A DNA stretch of 64,000 nucleotides from the human T2T-CHM13v2.0 reference genome, Homo sapiens. Shown piece after piece: positions 1 to 13,000 of this stretch (its first letter is position 1; each line of letters opens with the position of its first letter). A model generated the notes under the pieces. That model saw only the letters and a program-made list of their open reading frames with translations. It was not told the origin of the DNA and made no database searches. The DNA lies in NCBI RefSeq assembly GCF_009914755.1, contig NC_060929.1; one strand, given 5' to 3'. Both the position numbers and the translations under genes were made by a program.

Positions 1-40
1 TATATCCCGGTATCTGACGTTCAGTAACAAAGTCAACTTA

Positions 41-1375
41 CCAATGGAACAGAACAGAGGCCTCAGAAATAATGCCACACATCTACAACCATCTGATCTT
101 TGACAAACCTGACACACATAAGCAATGGGGAAAGGAGTCCCTATTTAATAAATGATGTGGGGAAAACTGGCTAGCCAAATGCAGAAAACTGAAACGGGGC
201 CCCTTCCTTACACCGTATACAAAAACTAACTCAAGATGGATTAAAGATTTAAATGTAAGATCTAAAACCATAAAAATCCTAGAAGAAAACTTAGGCAGTA
301 TCATTCAGGACATAGGCATGGGCAAAGACTTCATGACTGAAACACCAAAAGCAATGGCAATAAAAGCCAAAATTGACAAATGGGATCTAATTAAACTAAA
401 GAGCTTCTGCACAGCAAAAGAAACTATCATCAGAGTGAGCAGGCAACCTACAGAATGGGAGAAAATTTTTGCAATTTATCCATCTGACAAAGGGCTAATA
501 TCTAGAATCTACAAAGAACTTAAATTTACCAGAAAAAAAATCCCATCAAAAAGTAGGCGAAGGATATGAACAGACACGTCTCAAAAGAAGACATTTATGC
601 AGCCAATAAACATTAAAAAAAAGCTCATCATCACTGGTTATTAGAGAAATGCAAATCAAAACCACAATGAGATACCATCTCACACCAGTTAGAATGGTGA
701 ACATTAAAAAGTCAGGAAACAACAGATGCTGGAGAGGATGTAGAGAAATAGAAATGTTTTTACACTGTTGGTGGGAGTGCAAATTAGTTCAACCATTGTG
801 GAAGACACTGTGGCGATTCTTTGAGGATCTGTAACCAGAAATACCATTTGACCCAGCAATCCCATTACTGGAAATATACCCAAAGGATTATAAATCATTC
901 TGCTATAAGGACACATACGCATGTATGTTTATTGTGGCACTATTCACAATAGCAAAGACTTGGAACTAACCCAAATGCCCATCAATAATAGACTGGATAA
1001 AGAAAATGTGGCTCATATACACCATGGAATACTATGCAGCCATAAAAAGCATGAGTTCATGTCCTTTGCAGGGACATGGATGAAGCTGGAAACCATCATC
1101 CTCAGCAAACTAACACAGGAACAGAAAACCAAACACCACATGTTCTCACTCATAAGTGGGAGTTGAACAATGAGAACACATGGATATAGGGAGGGGAACA
1201 TCACACACCAGGGCCTGTTGTTGGGTGGGGGGGCTAGGGGAGGGATAGCATTAGGAGAAATACCTAATGTAGATGATGGCTGATGGGGGCAGCAAACCAC
1301 CACGGCACGTGTATACCTAGGTAACAAAACTACATTCTGCACATGTACCCCAGAACTTACAATTTAAAAAAAGTA
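41..1375 (+). mobile_element. LINE-1 (older L1PA-type) 3' fragment: end of ORF2, 3' UTR and A-rich tail
   Basis: ORFs 318-569 ([37 protein letters not shown]) and 649-834 ([16 protein letters not shown]...CWRGC...[15 protein letters not shown]) are L1 ORF2p C-terminal peptides, interrupted by stops and frameshifts. The L1 3' UTR has its G-rich tract at ~1222-1244 and an A tail at ~1365. Confidence 0.95.
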
Positions 1376-3024
1376 AAACAAAGGATGTTGAATAATCAAA
1401 AAATGCATTATCCTTAGCACTTTAAAAAAAAAAAACTCGATTTTCAGAACACCGGTTGATTTTATTGCCCACAGCAAATTAAATACAACAAATACACAAC
1501 AAGTTGTGACTAGAGTTTGACACACTCAAATTCACAAGAGATGGTTGATGAATGAAAAATCAATAATTCAAATGACTCAAGTCTTTGTTAAGAGTAAGGG
1601 GAAAAGGTTGTTTTCATAGTGATTTTTTTGAGTTTTGAGAGTAACTCCTATATATGCCTCAGTTCTCAGTTGAGATATTACTTCTGTAAGGAGACCATCT
1701 CTGAATTCCTACCTCTCTTCCACCACTACCACCTTGAAGTTAGTTCCCTTGTGATAGCATTGATCACACTGTGTCATCATTTCCTCATTATATGCAGTTA
1801 CTACTACTAATTTCCAAGCAAGTTCATGACATTATTTTTATGTGGCTTTCTTAGTCTTGAACAGTGTCTATTACAATAAATATCTTAAAAGAATGAAAGT
1901 ATTGTCACTGGTGTTTATCACATCTGTGACCTGGAATTAATAATTAATTGAAGTAATGAACTTTCAGAACTGAATAGCTTGGGAAAATTAGTCTATCCAT
2001 TCATATATACAGATGAGGAAATTAAAGTCCAGGGAAGGAAAATGACTCAACCTAAAAAACAGGTAGTACATGACATACCTAAGTGAGAACAAGTATCTTC
2101 TGAATCTTATTTCTGGCTATTTCTATGACCTGATGTGGTTGTTAAAGATGACAGCAAATTGAATTTGTACTGTAAACCAGGCACTGATGCTCAACAAAAT
2201 ACCTGTTTAAGACTCATTTAGTCTTAAACACCCTGATGAAGTTTACACAAGTATTTTCCACATTGTTTGAGGCTCATAGCAGTTGAGAACCTTGTCAAGA
2301 AATTGAAGCAGAGTTTGCATCTTTAACTCCAAAATCCCAACTCCTCACTACCACCCCAGCCCATCCTTTAGGTTCATTCTCCCAATTATAAAGGCAAGCC
2401 ACATGTGAGTCCACTGTGCTGATTTCTAAAATGGCTATTGGTTCATGACTGCAAGCCAAAATTTCTGAATAAATGGAGATTTAATTCAAATTTTAAAAAA
2501 TGAGGAGAGGATTACTTCAATGGTAGTAAAAACTTGAAAAACATTGATTTGGATGGGATATTAAGTACTTAACAAAATATAACCTAGTCTATGAATATGA
2601 AAATAATATATCTACATTGAACCATCAAACTCAAAATCATGCATGAAATATTATTTCCCACGTAAAATATTTTTGAATATTTGGATTATACTTAAAAGTA
2701 TTGTAAAGCTGATAAAACTTTGAATATAAGTCTGCTTTAAGTTTTTGTTAGCAGTTTGTGCAAAGAAAAAAAGACTCCCCAGGTAGCGAGAGGTGTAGGC
2801 TATTAGGCATTGGGATAATTGTAGAAGAGTCTATGTAGCTGTCTGGTTTGTGCCTGGTTAGTGACTGGCAGGCAGCTGAAGACAAGAGCAGGTTACCCTG
2901 CATCTGCATGCATGAAACCTATCTTTAGGCCTCTGAAATGAACATGGCAGTGGCATGTGTGCAGTATGCATAGAAGGAAGTAAAGGCTATGCCACTGGTG
3001 CATTCATTTCAGTGTAATAAAACT

Positions 3025-3470
3025 AGTCATCATGGAATCAACCTAGATGGCCATCAATGTGGACTGAGAAAATATAGTACATATACACCATGGAATACTA
3101 TGCAGCCATAAAAAAGAATGAAATCATATCCTTTGCAGCAACATGGATGCAGCTGGAGGCCATTATCCTAAGCAAATTAACACAGGAATAGAAAACCAAG
3201 TATTGCATGTTCTCAGTTCTGAGTGGGAACTAAGCATTGGGTACACAAAAGCACAAAGATAGGAATGATAGATAATAGGGAATCCAGAAGGGAAGGAGTG
3301 GGGCAAAGGCTGAAAAACTACTTATTGGGTATTATGCTCACTACCTGGGTGACAGGATCAATTGTATTCCGAATCTCAGCATCATGCAATATGCCCATGT
3401 AAGTAAAAAGCCTGCACGTGTACCCTCTGAACCTAAAATAAAAGTTGAAGTTATAGAATAAAAATAAAAG
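3025..3470 (+). mobile_element. LINE-1 3' end fragment (L1PB/late L1PA-like)
   Basis: Contains 'catggaatcaacctagatgg...catggaatactatgcagccataaaaaagaatgaaatcat...ctgaacctaaaataaaagtt', typical of the L1 ORF2 end and 3' UTR. Confidence 0.88.
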
Positions 3471-5196
3471 ATAGTTAAGAAAGAATACTTCTCCAAGTGA
3501 AGCTATTAATGTATTAATACTAAAAAGATAGAGCTGGTTCTTATTGGGAACTTATTACGGGTGCATGACTTCATTTAATCCTCGAATTAGCTTATGAGGT
3601 AAACAACACAATCATCCCCATTTTATCAATAATGAAACTGAAACTCAGGTTAAGTAATGTGCCTAAAATCATACAGCTATTTATTTTCTCTCTAGAATCT
3701 GCATTTTAGCTATAATCCTGTTCTAGGGATGCAGTAAATATGTTTTCCTTTTGCATAAAGAAGAAGCAAGCATCTTCAACTGGGAGAAAACAGGGTGATC
3801 CAGTAGAAATAATTTAAAGAGAAAAATGTGGGTTCACTATATGAAAGTGCATGTTGCCTTTAACATAACATACAGGTGAGTTAGGCAACATACTGTTGTG
3901 TTGATTTGTCACTAAACCGCTTTCACAGGAGAATATGTGTATGTTCTTTCTATGATCTCCCCAAAGTTTTGTAAGTTCTCATGATACTTGCTATATATTC
4001 TAAACAACTGTGGCCTGTAATATTCCTCAGTAGAGTGAACTACAGAAAAGGCCCTGACACTAACCCTTTGTACCATAATATTAGCCAGTTACACTCCCAC
4101 AGAAAATGAGAGAAGAAAAGAGTTAAGATAACTAAGATATTCATTAAAAGTGCAGGCCTACTTGTTTCTGCGATGATTCAAAATGATGATGATACCATTG
4201 GAAATTGTACAGATCTATCTGTGCTATTTTGTGCGGCCAGAGTTTTGGGGAGCATGTTTGGAGTAGAGCTGCTGGATCAAGCCCTTCATGCATAGCCGAT
4301 TATACTTGGACAGTGCAAAGGCCGGCACACTGTTGCTATTTATGGATGAAAATCATTTTGTGATTTGTTAGTAGCTCTGTAGAATACGTTTCTAGAAGTG
4401 AAACTGCTGAGTAAAAAGGATTTTTAATGCAATTTAATATTGCCAAATTGCATCCCCACAAATAGCATTATAGTTTATTATCCCATCAACAGTGAAAGGG
4501 ATGCTCTTTAAAAAAAAAGTTTAATTTTCACTACAAATGTCTTTCTTTTATTTACCCCAAATTACATTTTTTCCAAACAATTGTTGTTTACATAGGAGGA
4601 TCATAACAGTGGCATCTAATTAAGTCCTAACTGCCAGTATTTCTTCCTGGAAATAGGTCTACCTTAGGGGTTAGAATATGAGGGGCAGTATTACCCCATA
4701 TAACAGAAAGCAAAATAGCTGAGGATTAATTCGCTGGCATATATATTATGTTGTTTAGATACTACTTCTCAAATCTATGCCCATTTTTTTGAGGATCTCT
4801 TCTCTTTAAGTGTGCTGGAATTCTTGATCCTCCTTAGAAGTGTAGCTCATTTATTTTGTTGCTTTGCTAGTATCATGGCATACTAATAAGGCTTTTGTGA
4901 AATGTCAGCATAGACTCTTTTTTTCTCATCCTGCAATTAGTGAATTTGCTGGCAGCCTTCATTGTTCTGTTTTGAGAAAAATTGACTGTTACAGAGATTG
5001 TAGCAGCATTTATAATTATAGGCCAGGAATTGGGGTTATTATTTATTCTATTGGATTTAGAAATTCCTGTGTGAATTTGCACATGTTCTTTAGTGTGCTG
5101 CTTTTCTATGGTATAAAAATTTTTAAAGTCTATAATCTGTTTATTTCTTTTGTAGGAAAAAATGACAAAAAGAAACATACTTAAAGATATAGAGTA

Positions 5197-5513
<317 letters not shown>

Positions 5514-5825
5514 CTAAGGTTTTTTTTCTTCTCCCCAATTAGACCAATTTCAGCTAAGACGTATTGAAAATCTCCTGTAAGCCAATTAATATGGAAATCT
5601 CAAGATGAGACCCTTGTCCCTACCATCAAGGAAATTAGTTGGAAACACAAACGTTTAAACCAATAATTATTATGTGTAGAGTTTTAAAAAAATGAGTAGC
5701 AAAGACAAATAACTACCCCTCAATTAGGAGCTGCAGAATAAAAATCATTTTAAGCATATGCAAAGAATTTGAGACATGTAAGAGTTACACCATATTAAAG
5801 AAAAAGACAGGTGATGTTTGGTGAG

Positions 5826-6462
5826 TGTTTGAGTTTTCTAATGTGCAACAAATTATCAGAAACTTAGTGGCTTAAAACAACATTCATTTATGATCTGAGT
5901 TTTTGTAGGTCAGAAGTCTGGGCATGGCTTATCTGGGTTCTCATGAGGCTGAATTCAAGCGTCAGTCAGGCTGCATCCTCCGTGAAACTTGGGGTCATCT
6001 TTCATGCTTACATGGCTGCTGGCAGAATTCAGTTCCTTATGTTAGAAAAACTGAGGTTCCCCATTTTCTTGCTGTCAGCCAATGTCTGCTCTCAGGTCCT
6101 AGAGGCCCCCACAGTTCCTCATTACATGGACCTTTCTATAGGCAGTTTGCATCACTGCTTCAGGGGAACAAAAAAATCCCTATACATGAAGTTATTGACC
6201 ATTTCTAAAAGGCTCCTGCCTGATTAATTTAAGCCCACTCAGGGTAGCATACCTTTTATTTAACTCACGATCAACTGTTTTGAGACCTTAATTATATCTG
6301 CAAAATACCTTCACCTTTGCCATGTAATACTACATAATAACAGGAGTGATATCACTTTTGCCATCTTGAGTGGCTAGAAAGTTACAGACTCTGCCCCCAT
6401 TCAAGGGGAGAAGGTTGAAGAAGGGGATGAGTTACGTGGGTAACCTTAGAACTCTGCCTATG
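5826..6462 (-). mobile_element. MaLR LTR (MLT1F/G-like)
   Basis: 'acaaattatcagaaacttagtggcttaaaacaaca...gtaggtcagaagtctggg...ttagaactctgccta' matches the antisense MLT1 pattern. Confidence 0.75.
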
Positions 6463-8179
6463 AAGGTAGGTAGATTTAAGCAGCAACAGGGATTGAACTC
6501 TCAGAACTCTTGTTCAGTAATCTAAGGGTCAGGGATTCTCTCCTGCAGGTAATGTTGATTTATTGTTAGGTTTTAATCCAAGAAAGACTGCAGTTTAGTA
6601 GAATAAAAGATAATTTCTCTGGCTGTGTGAAGAACGGTTTGACAGTTGTGCTGGATGAGCTACAATTAGGAGTTGATTAAATAAGTCAGTAGGATTGCCT
6701 CAAGACTGCAGCCTTGGCAGTGACCATAAAGACTGGCAGGAGGGGCAAATACTAGAAATATTTAGAAGGGAGAATGGAACAGTAAAAAGTGAGCGATTGG
6801 ATATGCTGGCCAATATATAACTGCATTTAGCTGCTCTTTCTCAATCAAGATTTGATCCTAAGGAGACAAAAGGCATATGAAACACAGCCTGCAAAGGATA
6901 TAAGTATACCTTGTGAAACGATGTTAGAATTTTAGAGCAATTGAAGAAAAGCTAAGAGTTTAAGTAAGTTGTGTTTATGTAGCAGTCTACATTCTCAGAG
7001 CAATCTTTACGTATGGGTAAGCTATATGTATGCTTACATTGTTAAGCTGTGACAGTAAGTAGATATTTTGAGAACTTTTTACATCAATAAAACATCAAGT
7101 TACGTAAAAGTTGCAAGAAAAGAACAAGGAACTTCATTATATCCTTTGTTCAGATTCATCAGTTTTCATTTTGGCCCATTTACTTCATCATTCACTTTCT
7201 TTATATAGAGATACAGATGTGTATATACACTTTTGAAACATTTGAGAGTAATTTGCAGACATTATGCTTACTTATCATTAAATACTTGTGTCTATTTCCT
7301 AAAAACAAGGTTTCTATTTGCTAATGTTTTGTGAAAGATTTTCATCTATGTTTATAAGGAATGGTTGTTTGGAATCCTCTTAACTCTTTTGTTAGCTTTT
7401 TGTATCAAGGTATACTGGCTTCATAAAATGCATTGGAAAGAATTCTCTTCTCTGTTTTACAAATTTGTGTAAGATTGGTATTCTTTCTTCTTTAAACGTT
7501 TCATAGTATTCACCAGTTATACTATCTGGGCCTAGAATTTTCTTCTGAAGAAGCCTTTTCATAATGAATTGGATTTCTCTACTAGACAAAGGGCTCTTCA
7601 GATTCTGTTTCTTCTGTTTGTGTTTAATCAGTTATAATTTTCAAAGACTTTATCCTTTGCATTTTTGTTGAATTTATTGGCATTTTTCTTCCCGTATTAT
7701 CTTATTCTAAGTTTTTGTCTTTAAATAATTTCAGACATGTGAAATTTGTAAAAATACCTGTATACATTCACTCAGATTCCCCAAATGTTAACATTTTAAG
7801 CCAATTACTTTGTTCTTTCTTTCTCTGCTTTTTTATACACAGATATTTATAAAATATAATAGGATATAATAATAGATTTCTGAACCTGATACTCTGTCCT
7901 AAATTACAGATATAATAGCTCTCTATCTCTAAATACAATTGTATGTATTTCCTAAAAACAAGGATGTTCTCTTTCATAACCACAGTGTAATTTTCAAAAT
8001 TGGGAAATTAACATTGTTACAATACTATCATCCAAAATACAGACCTTACTCAAATTTTACCAATTGTTTCACTAAATATCCTTCATAGTAAAATAAATTA
8101 AAAAATCCCTGATTCAAGTTCCAATTCAAGCTCACGCATTTAGTTATCAAATCTCTCTAATTTCCTTTAATCTAGAATA

Positions 8180-8511
8180 CAGTCATGTGCCATATAAAGA
8201 AGTTTTGGTCAATAATAGATGGCACATACAACGTTGGTCCCATAAGATTATAATACCACAGTTTCAATGTACTTTTCTACATTTAGAAACATAAATGCTT
8301 ACCACTGTGTTACAATTGCCTACAGTATTCAGTACAGTAACACGCTGTACAGGTTTGTAGCCCTGGGGAAATAGGTTATACCATCCAGCCTAGTAGGTGT
8401 GTAGTAGGCCCTATTGTCTAGGTTGGTGTAAGTAGACTCTGTGATGTCTGCCCAATGACGAAATCATCCATTCTTCAGAACATAGTCCTGTCATGAAGTC
8501 ACGTATAAAGG
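8180..8511. mobile_element. Tigger3a-like (TcMar-Tigger) MITE
   Basis: Begins TA|cagtcatgtgcc, contains 'ggtcccataagattataatacc...ttacaattgcctacagtattcagtacagtaaca', and is flanked by TA on both sides. Confidence 0.8.
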
Positions 8512-10665
8512 TAGTTCCCTAGTCTTTATTGTCTTTCGTGACCTTGACATTTTGAAAAATGTTCATTTTGTAGGATGCCCCTCGATTTATATCTTTTAAA
8601 AAATATTTTTCTCTTTATATATTATTTCTCACCAGATTTGAGTTACACAATTTTGTGAAGAATATTACAGAAATGATGCGTTCTTTTCAATAAATCAATA
8701 GGCATATGATGCCCATTGGACCCATTCATGGTGGCGCTAACTTTGATCACTTGGTTTTATCAGTGTCTATAAGTTTTCTTCACCATAAAGTTAATAGTCT
8801 TTTGTGTGATTAACAAGTATTTTTTAAAACTATTAAAATATCCTGTTTCTCATCAAACTTTTATCTATTAGTTTTAACACTGATCAATGATTCTAGCCTG
8901 AAACAGTTATTACTATGGTGTTTAACAATGACTTTTAATCTCATCACTCTCCCTACATTTTAATTGCATTGTATTATGAGTTTTTATATCTCCCCATTAG
9001 TTTCCTCATTTATTTATTTATGTGAGCATGGTCTTATGGATTATTTTATCGGATGAAATCTATTTGTATAGTTACTAATTGTTTTTGTCCAAGTGTTCTG
9101 AATTTGGTCTCTTTCAACTAGGTTCTGTATACATTGACGTGTCCTAATCATTTTTGAGCACTTCCTTACGTCTGGCATGTTCCAGGTGGACGTTGTGCTT
9201 TGACCCAACCCTGGAGTTAGCCTTTCCTCTGGGAAAACTTGAGTACTTTAGTTGAGGTTGGTATTTAAAAATCATGATGTGGACGTGAAGTGTTCTCTTT
9301 GCTACTGAGTGTCATTTCTTGTAAGCCCCCTAAGTAGACTGAGATAAGAAACGTAGGTATGTGTATCAATATACACACACCTGCATACACGTATCCATAT
9401 CTAGAGCCATAAGTTGATGTGGATGCTTCCACTTCCAGTCCAATTCCACAGAGTTAATTCTAACCTTTCTCTTTCTATATTTGTAAATGTCTTTTCTGAC
9501 ATTGAGAAATCTCATTATCTAAAATGTATTATTTCCTCATTCCTAGAATATATACGAAATAATTTTAGTATTGCTAACCCATAAAACTGTGAAAAACACA
9601 CCTATTACCTAGAGTTTAACATTTGTTGACTGTTTTAATACTTGAGGGTATAGAGTGAAAGCAATGTATTCAAAACTTACATGAAATGATTCCTTATCCC
9701 TGTTTAGTATGATTATTTATCTGAATTAGTTATGCTCTCTTTCATTCCTAAAGTTGGTAATTGTGCTTTCTTTTTTTTAATGATCATTGTTGTGAGGGAT
9801 TGATCACTTTTATTAATCTTTTCAAAGAACTTGCTTTGGGCTTTATTATTATTGTACTCGTTCTCTATTTCTTGTATTTCTGCACTTTAGCATTTCCCTT
9901 CTTCTACTTCCATTAGGTTTCATTTGCTCGTACATTTCTAGCTTCTTAGATGGAAACACATTTAACAAATTTCACTATCATTCTATTTGACATACTTCTT
10001 AATTTCCCTGTAACAACTTTGATCTACGTATACATTTTCCTATGTATACTTTTTGATTTTCAAGTATATAGAGCTTTTACACATATCTTTTATTAATTTT
10101 TAATTTAATTTCATTGTGGTCAGAGAATACATTCTCTAACATAGCAATCTTTGGAAACTATTTCATAATTAAAATTTATGGCCCCATATATGATCTTTTT
10201 TTTAAATATTGTACTTGGATTTGAACATGTATTCTACAGTTGCCAGGTGTAGTGCTCTATAAATATTATCTAGGTCAAGAAGGTTTATAATGCTCAAATT
10301 TTCTGTGTTCTGAGTCTTGCTTTGTGGTTGTTTTTTTTTTTTTTTGGTCTGGTTGCTAGAAAATAACACAAAAAGGAATGTTAAAATTGATAATGAATAT
10401 TGTGGATCCGTCTGTTTCTCCCTTTAGGTCTTTCAATTTTGCTTGCTGTTTTTGGAATCTCTCCTAATAGGCACATAAATTTTTAATTGTTGTATTCTTG
10501 AAAAACTAAAAGTTTTATCATTATGAAATATCCTTTATTTTCTCCTGTAGTACTCTTTGCCTTAAATTCTATTTTATCTGATATTAATATCTTCATTCCA
10601 GCTTTTTGATGTTTAGTGTTTTCATGATGTATTAGGGTTTTCATTTTTTATCCTTTTATTTTTAG

Positions 10666-11083
10666 GTTATTAGTTTGTCCTTGCATTGCTATAAAGAAAT
10701 ACCTGAGACTGGGTAATTTATATATAAAAAAGATTTAATTTGCTCATGGTTCTGCAGGCTGTACAGGAAGCATTGCAGCATCTATTCAGCTTCTGGGAGG
10801 CCTCAGGAAACTTACAATCATGACAGAAGGTGAAGAGGGAGCCAGCACTTCACATGGCTGGGGCAGGAGGAAGAGAGAGGGGTGAGGTGTTATATACTTT
10901 TAAACAGCCAGATCTCACAATCACTCACTCAATATCACAAGAATAGGACTAGGGGAATGGTGCTAAACTATTCATGAAAAACTGCCCCCATGGTCCAGTC
11001 ACCTCCCATGAGGCCCCACCTCCAGCACTGGGGATTACATTTCAACATGAGATTTGGGCAGGGACACAGATCCAAACCATATT
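10666..11083 (-). mobile_element. MaLR LTR (MSTA/THE1-like)
   Basis: 'tattagtttgtccttgcattgctataaagaaatacctgagactgggtaattta ... caacatgagatttgggcagggacacagatccaaaccata'. Confidence 0.88.
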
Positions 11084-11132
11084 CGTTATCTTTGTCTTTA
11101 ATTCAAATGGTGTCATTTTTAGACAGCATATA

Positions 11133-11735
11133 TAGTCAGCCCCCCTTATCCATGGGTTTTACAACTGTGGATTCAACCACTCAAGATTAAAAAGATTAAG
11201 GAAAAACACAAAAAATAACAATACAACAAAATACAAATAAAAATGCAAATAAACTATTTACCTAGCATTTACATTGTATTTGCTACAGACTTATTAGTAA
11301 TCTAGAGGTAATTTAAAGTATAGCCATTTACTGCAAAATGACATTTCAGTCAACAGCTGACCATATATATACAATGGTGTTCTCTTAAGATTATAATACC
11401 ATATTTGTACTATAACTTTGTTTAGATATGTTAAGATACACAAATACTTATTGTGGTACATTTGCCCACAGTATTTCATACAGTAACATGCTGTACAGTT
11501 TATAGCCTAGGAGAAATAGGCTATACCATGTAGACTAAGTGTGCAGGAGGTGAAACTATCTAGGTTTGTGTAAGTACACACTATGATGTTCACACAATGA
11601 TGAAATCACCTAAGTATGCATTTCTCAGAACATATCCCTGTTGTTAAGCCATGTGTGATTATGTACGGGAGGATGTCTGTAGATTATATGCAAATACTAT
11701 ACCATTTTATGAGATACTTGAGCATTCATGAATTT
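11133..11735. mobile_element. MER2 (Tigger2-derived MITE) split by a nested Tigger3a
   Basis: 'agtcagcccccttatccatgggttttacaactgtggattcaacca' at the start; MER2 resumes at 'tacgggaggatgtctgtagattatatgcaaatactataccatttta' after 11664. Confidence 0.75.
11321..11663. mobile_element. Tigger3a-like MITE nested in MER2
   Basis: Homologous to 8180-8511 ('taagattataatacc', 'tacagtaacatgctgtacag', 'taggtttgtgtaagtacac') with TA on both flanks. Confidence 0.8.
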
Positions 11736-12160
11736 GTTTAAGGTCTCCCTGTGTCTTTTTTCTTTCTTTCTTTAAGTTGATCAAATATTTTTTAGTGGAC
11801 AATTTTATTGGCTTTTTAACTATACATCTTTATATTTTTGGTGGTTACCCTAGAGATTATAATATGCATTTTAACCTATTAGGTCTACTTAGGGTTAGTA
11901 CTTTACCAATTAATGTAAAATACTAGAAATGTGCAACATCATAGTTCCATTTAACTATCTGTCCTTGAAGCTATTGATATTTATATTATACCTATTATTT
12001 ACAGCTCTACTTATAGTGTTAAACTATTACAATTTTTAAAGTAGTTGTGTCTTTTAAATAAGGAAAAACAGAGACTCTTATTATTTACCCATGCATATCA
12101 CTTTTGGTATTCTATACTAGTTTCTGGAGTCCTGAGTTTCAATCTGTTATCATTTTCCTT

Positions 12161-12220
12161 AATTTGAATAATGTTCTATAGTAGTTCTTGAATTTGAATA
12201 ATGTTCTATAGTAGTTCTTG
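12161..12220 (+). repeat. Perfect 30-bp tandem duplication
   Basis: aatttgaataatgttctatagtagttcttg occurs twice in a row (12161-12190, 12191-12220). Confidence 0.95.
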
Positions 12221-12650
12221 AAATCTGCTGGCAATAAATTCATGCAGTTTCTACTTCTCTGAAAATATCTTCATTTTACCCTTATCTTGAAGCTTATTTT
12301 CATTGGACACAGGTTTCTTTTGTCTTCTAGCCTCCTTTGTTTTTGATAAGAAATTAGCCATCATTCATATTGCTGGTAGTATGTCCTTTATCTTTTTTCA
12401 CTGGCTGCTTTAACAATAGTCAGTTTATCTTTGGTTTTCAGAAGTTAGACTATGATATCCCTAGGTATGATTTTCTTTGTGATTATTCTGACTGGGATTT
12501 TCTCAGCTCATTGGGTCTGCTTGTTTGTTTTTCTTCCCCCAAGTTTGGGGACTATTTGGCTGCTTTTTTTCTTTTTCAATTTTTTCCCACCTTTTTTTAT
12601 CTCTTCCTTACTCTGAGACTTCCATTCCACACACATGCACATACACTCTC

Positions 12651-13000
12651 TGAAGTGAACTCAATATTGTATTGTCTTCATAATAAAACAAAAGATGAAG
12701 TTTAGAACTGGATCATTTGGCTTTTTCTCTCATCTCTCCCTAATTTAAAATTCTTGCATTTCTTAATAGTCAGCATTCTCTTAGATCTGCATTTGGGCTC
12801 AACACATTTAAGCCTCATCACAATCTTCTTTGTAGTTTTACAGAGACTTTTCCAGAAAATCTGCTTGGTCTGCCCACCATAGCCTGCTCTGCTTCCTGTC
12901 AGAATGAAGCTAGGCATACCAAATTCCTTGATCTCCTTGTATTGTGTGTCTTCACGGTGTTGATGCTTGTCACATTTCTTTTAGGAATGTTCTCATGTTT
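12651..13000 (-). pseudogene. RPL36A: Processed pseudogene of 60S ribosomal protein L36a (eL42), parent most likely RPL36A
   Basis: ORF 12702-12917(-) '[60 protein letters not shown]' aligns to RPL36A '[60 protein letters not shown]'. The ancestral ATG is at ~12996 (aaacATGagaacattcctaaa), followed by deletions. It is intronless, and the 3' UTR 'tcatctttt...ttattatgaagacaatacaa' resembles RPL36A. Confidence 0.92.

Noticed and set aside
4165-4410. CpG-containing stretch with an ATGATGA box-C-like motif (possible snoRNA or inserted sequence)
   Set aside because: It reads as degenerate antisense L1ME ('gagtagagctgctggatca', 'ctagaagtgaaactgctgagt'), with no suitably placed D box or terminal stem.
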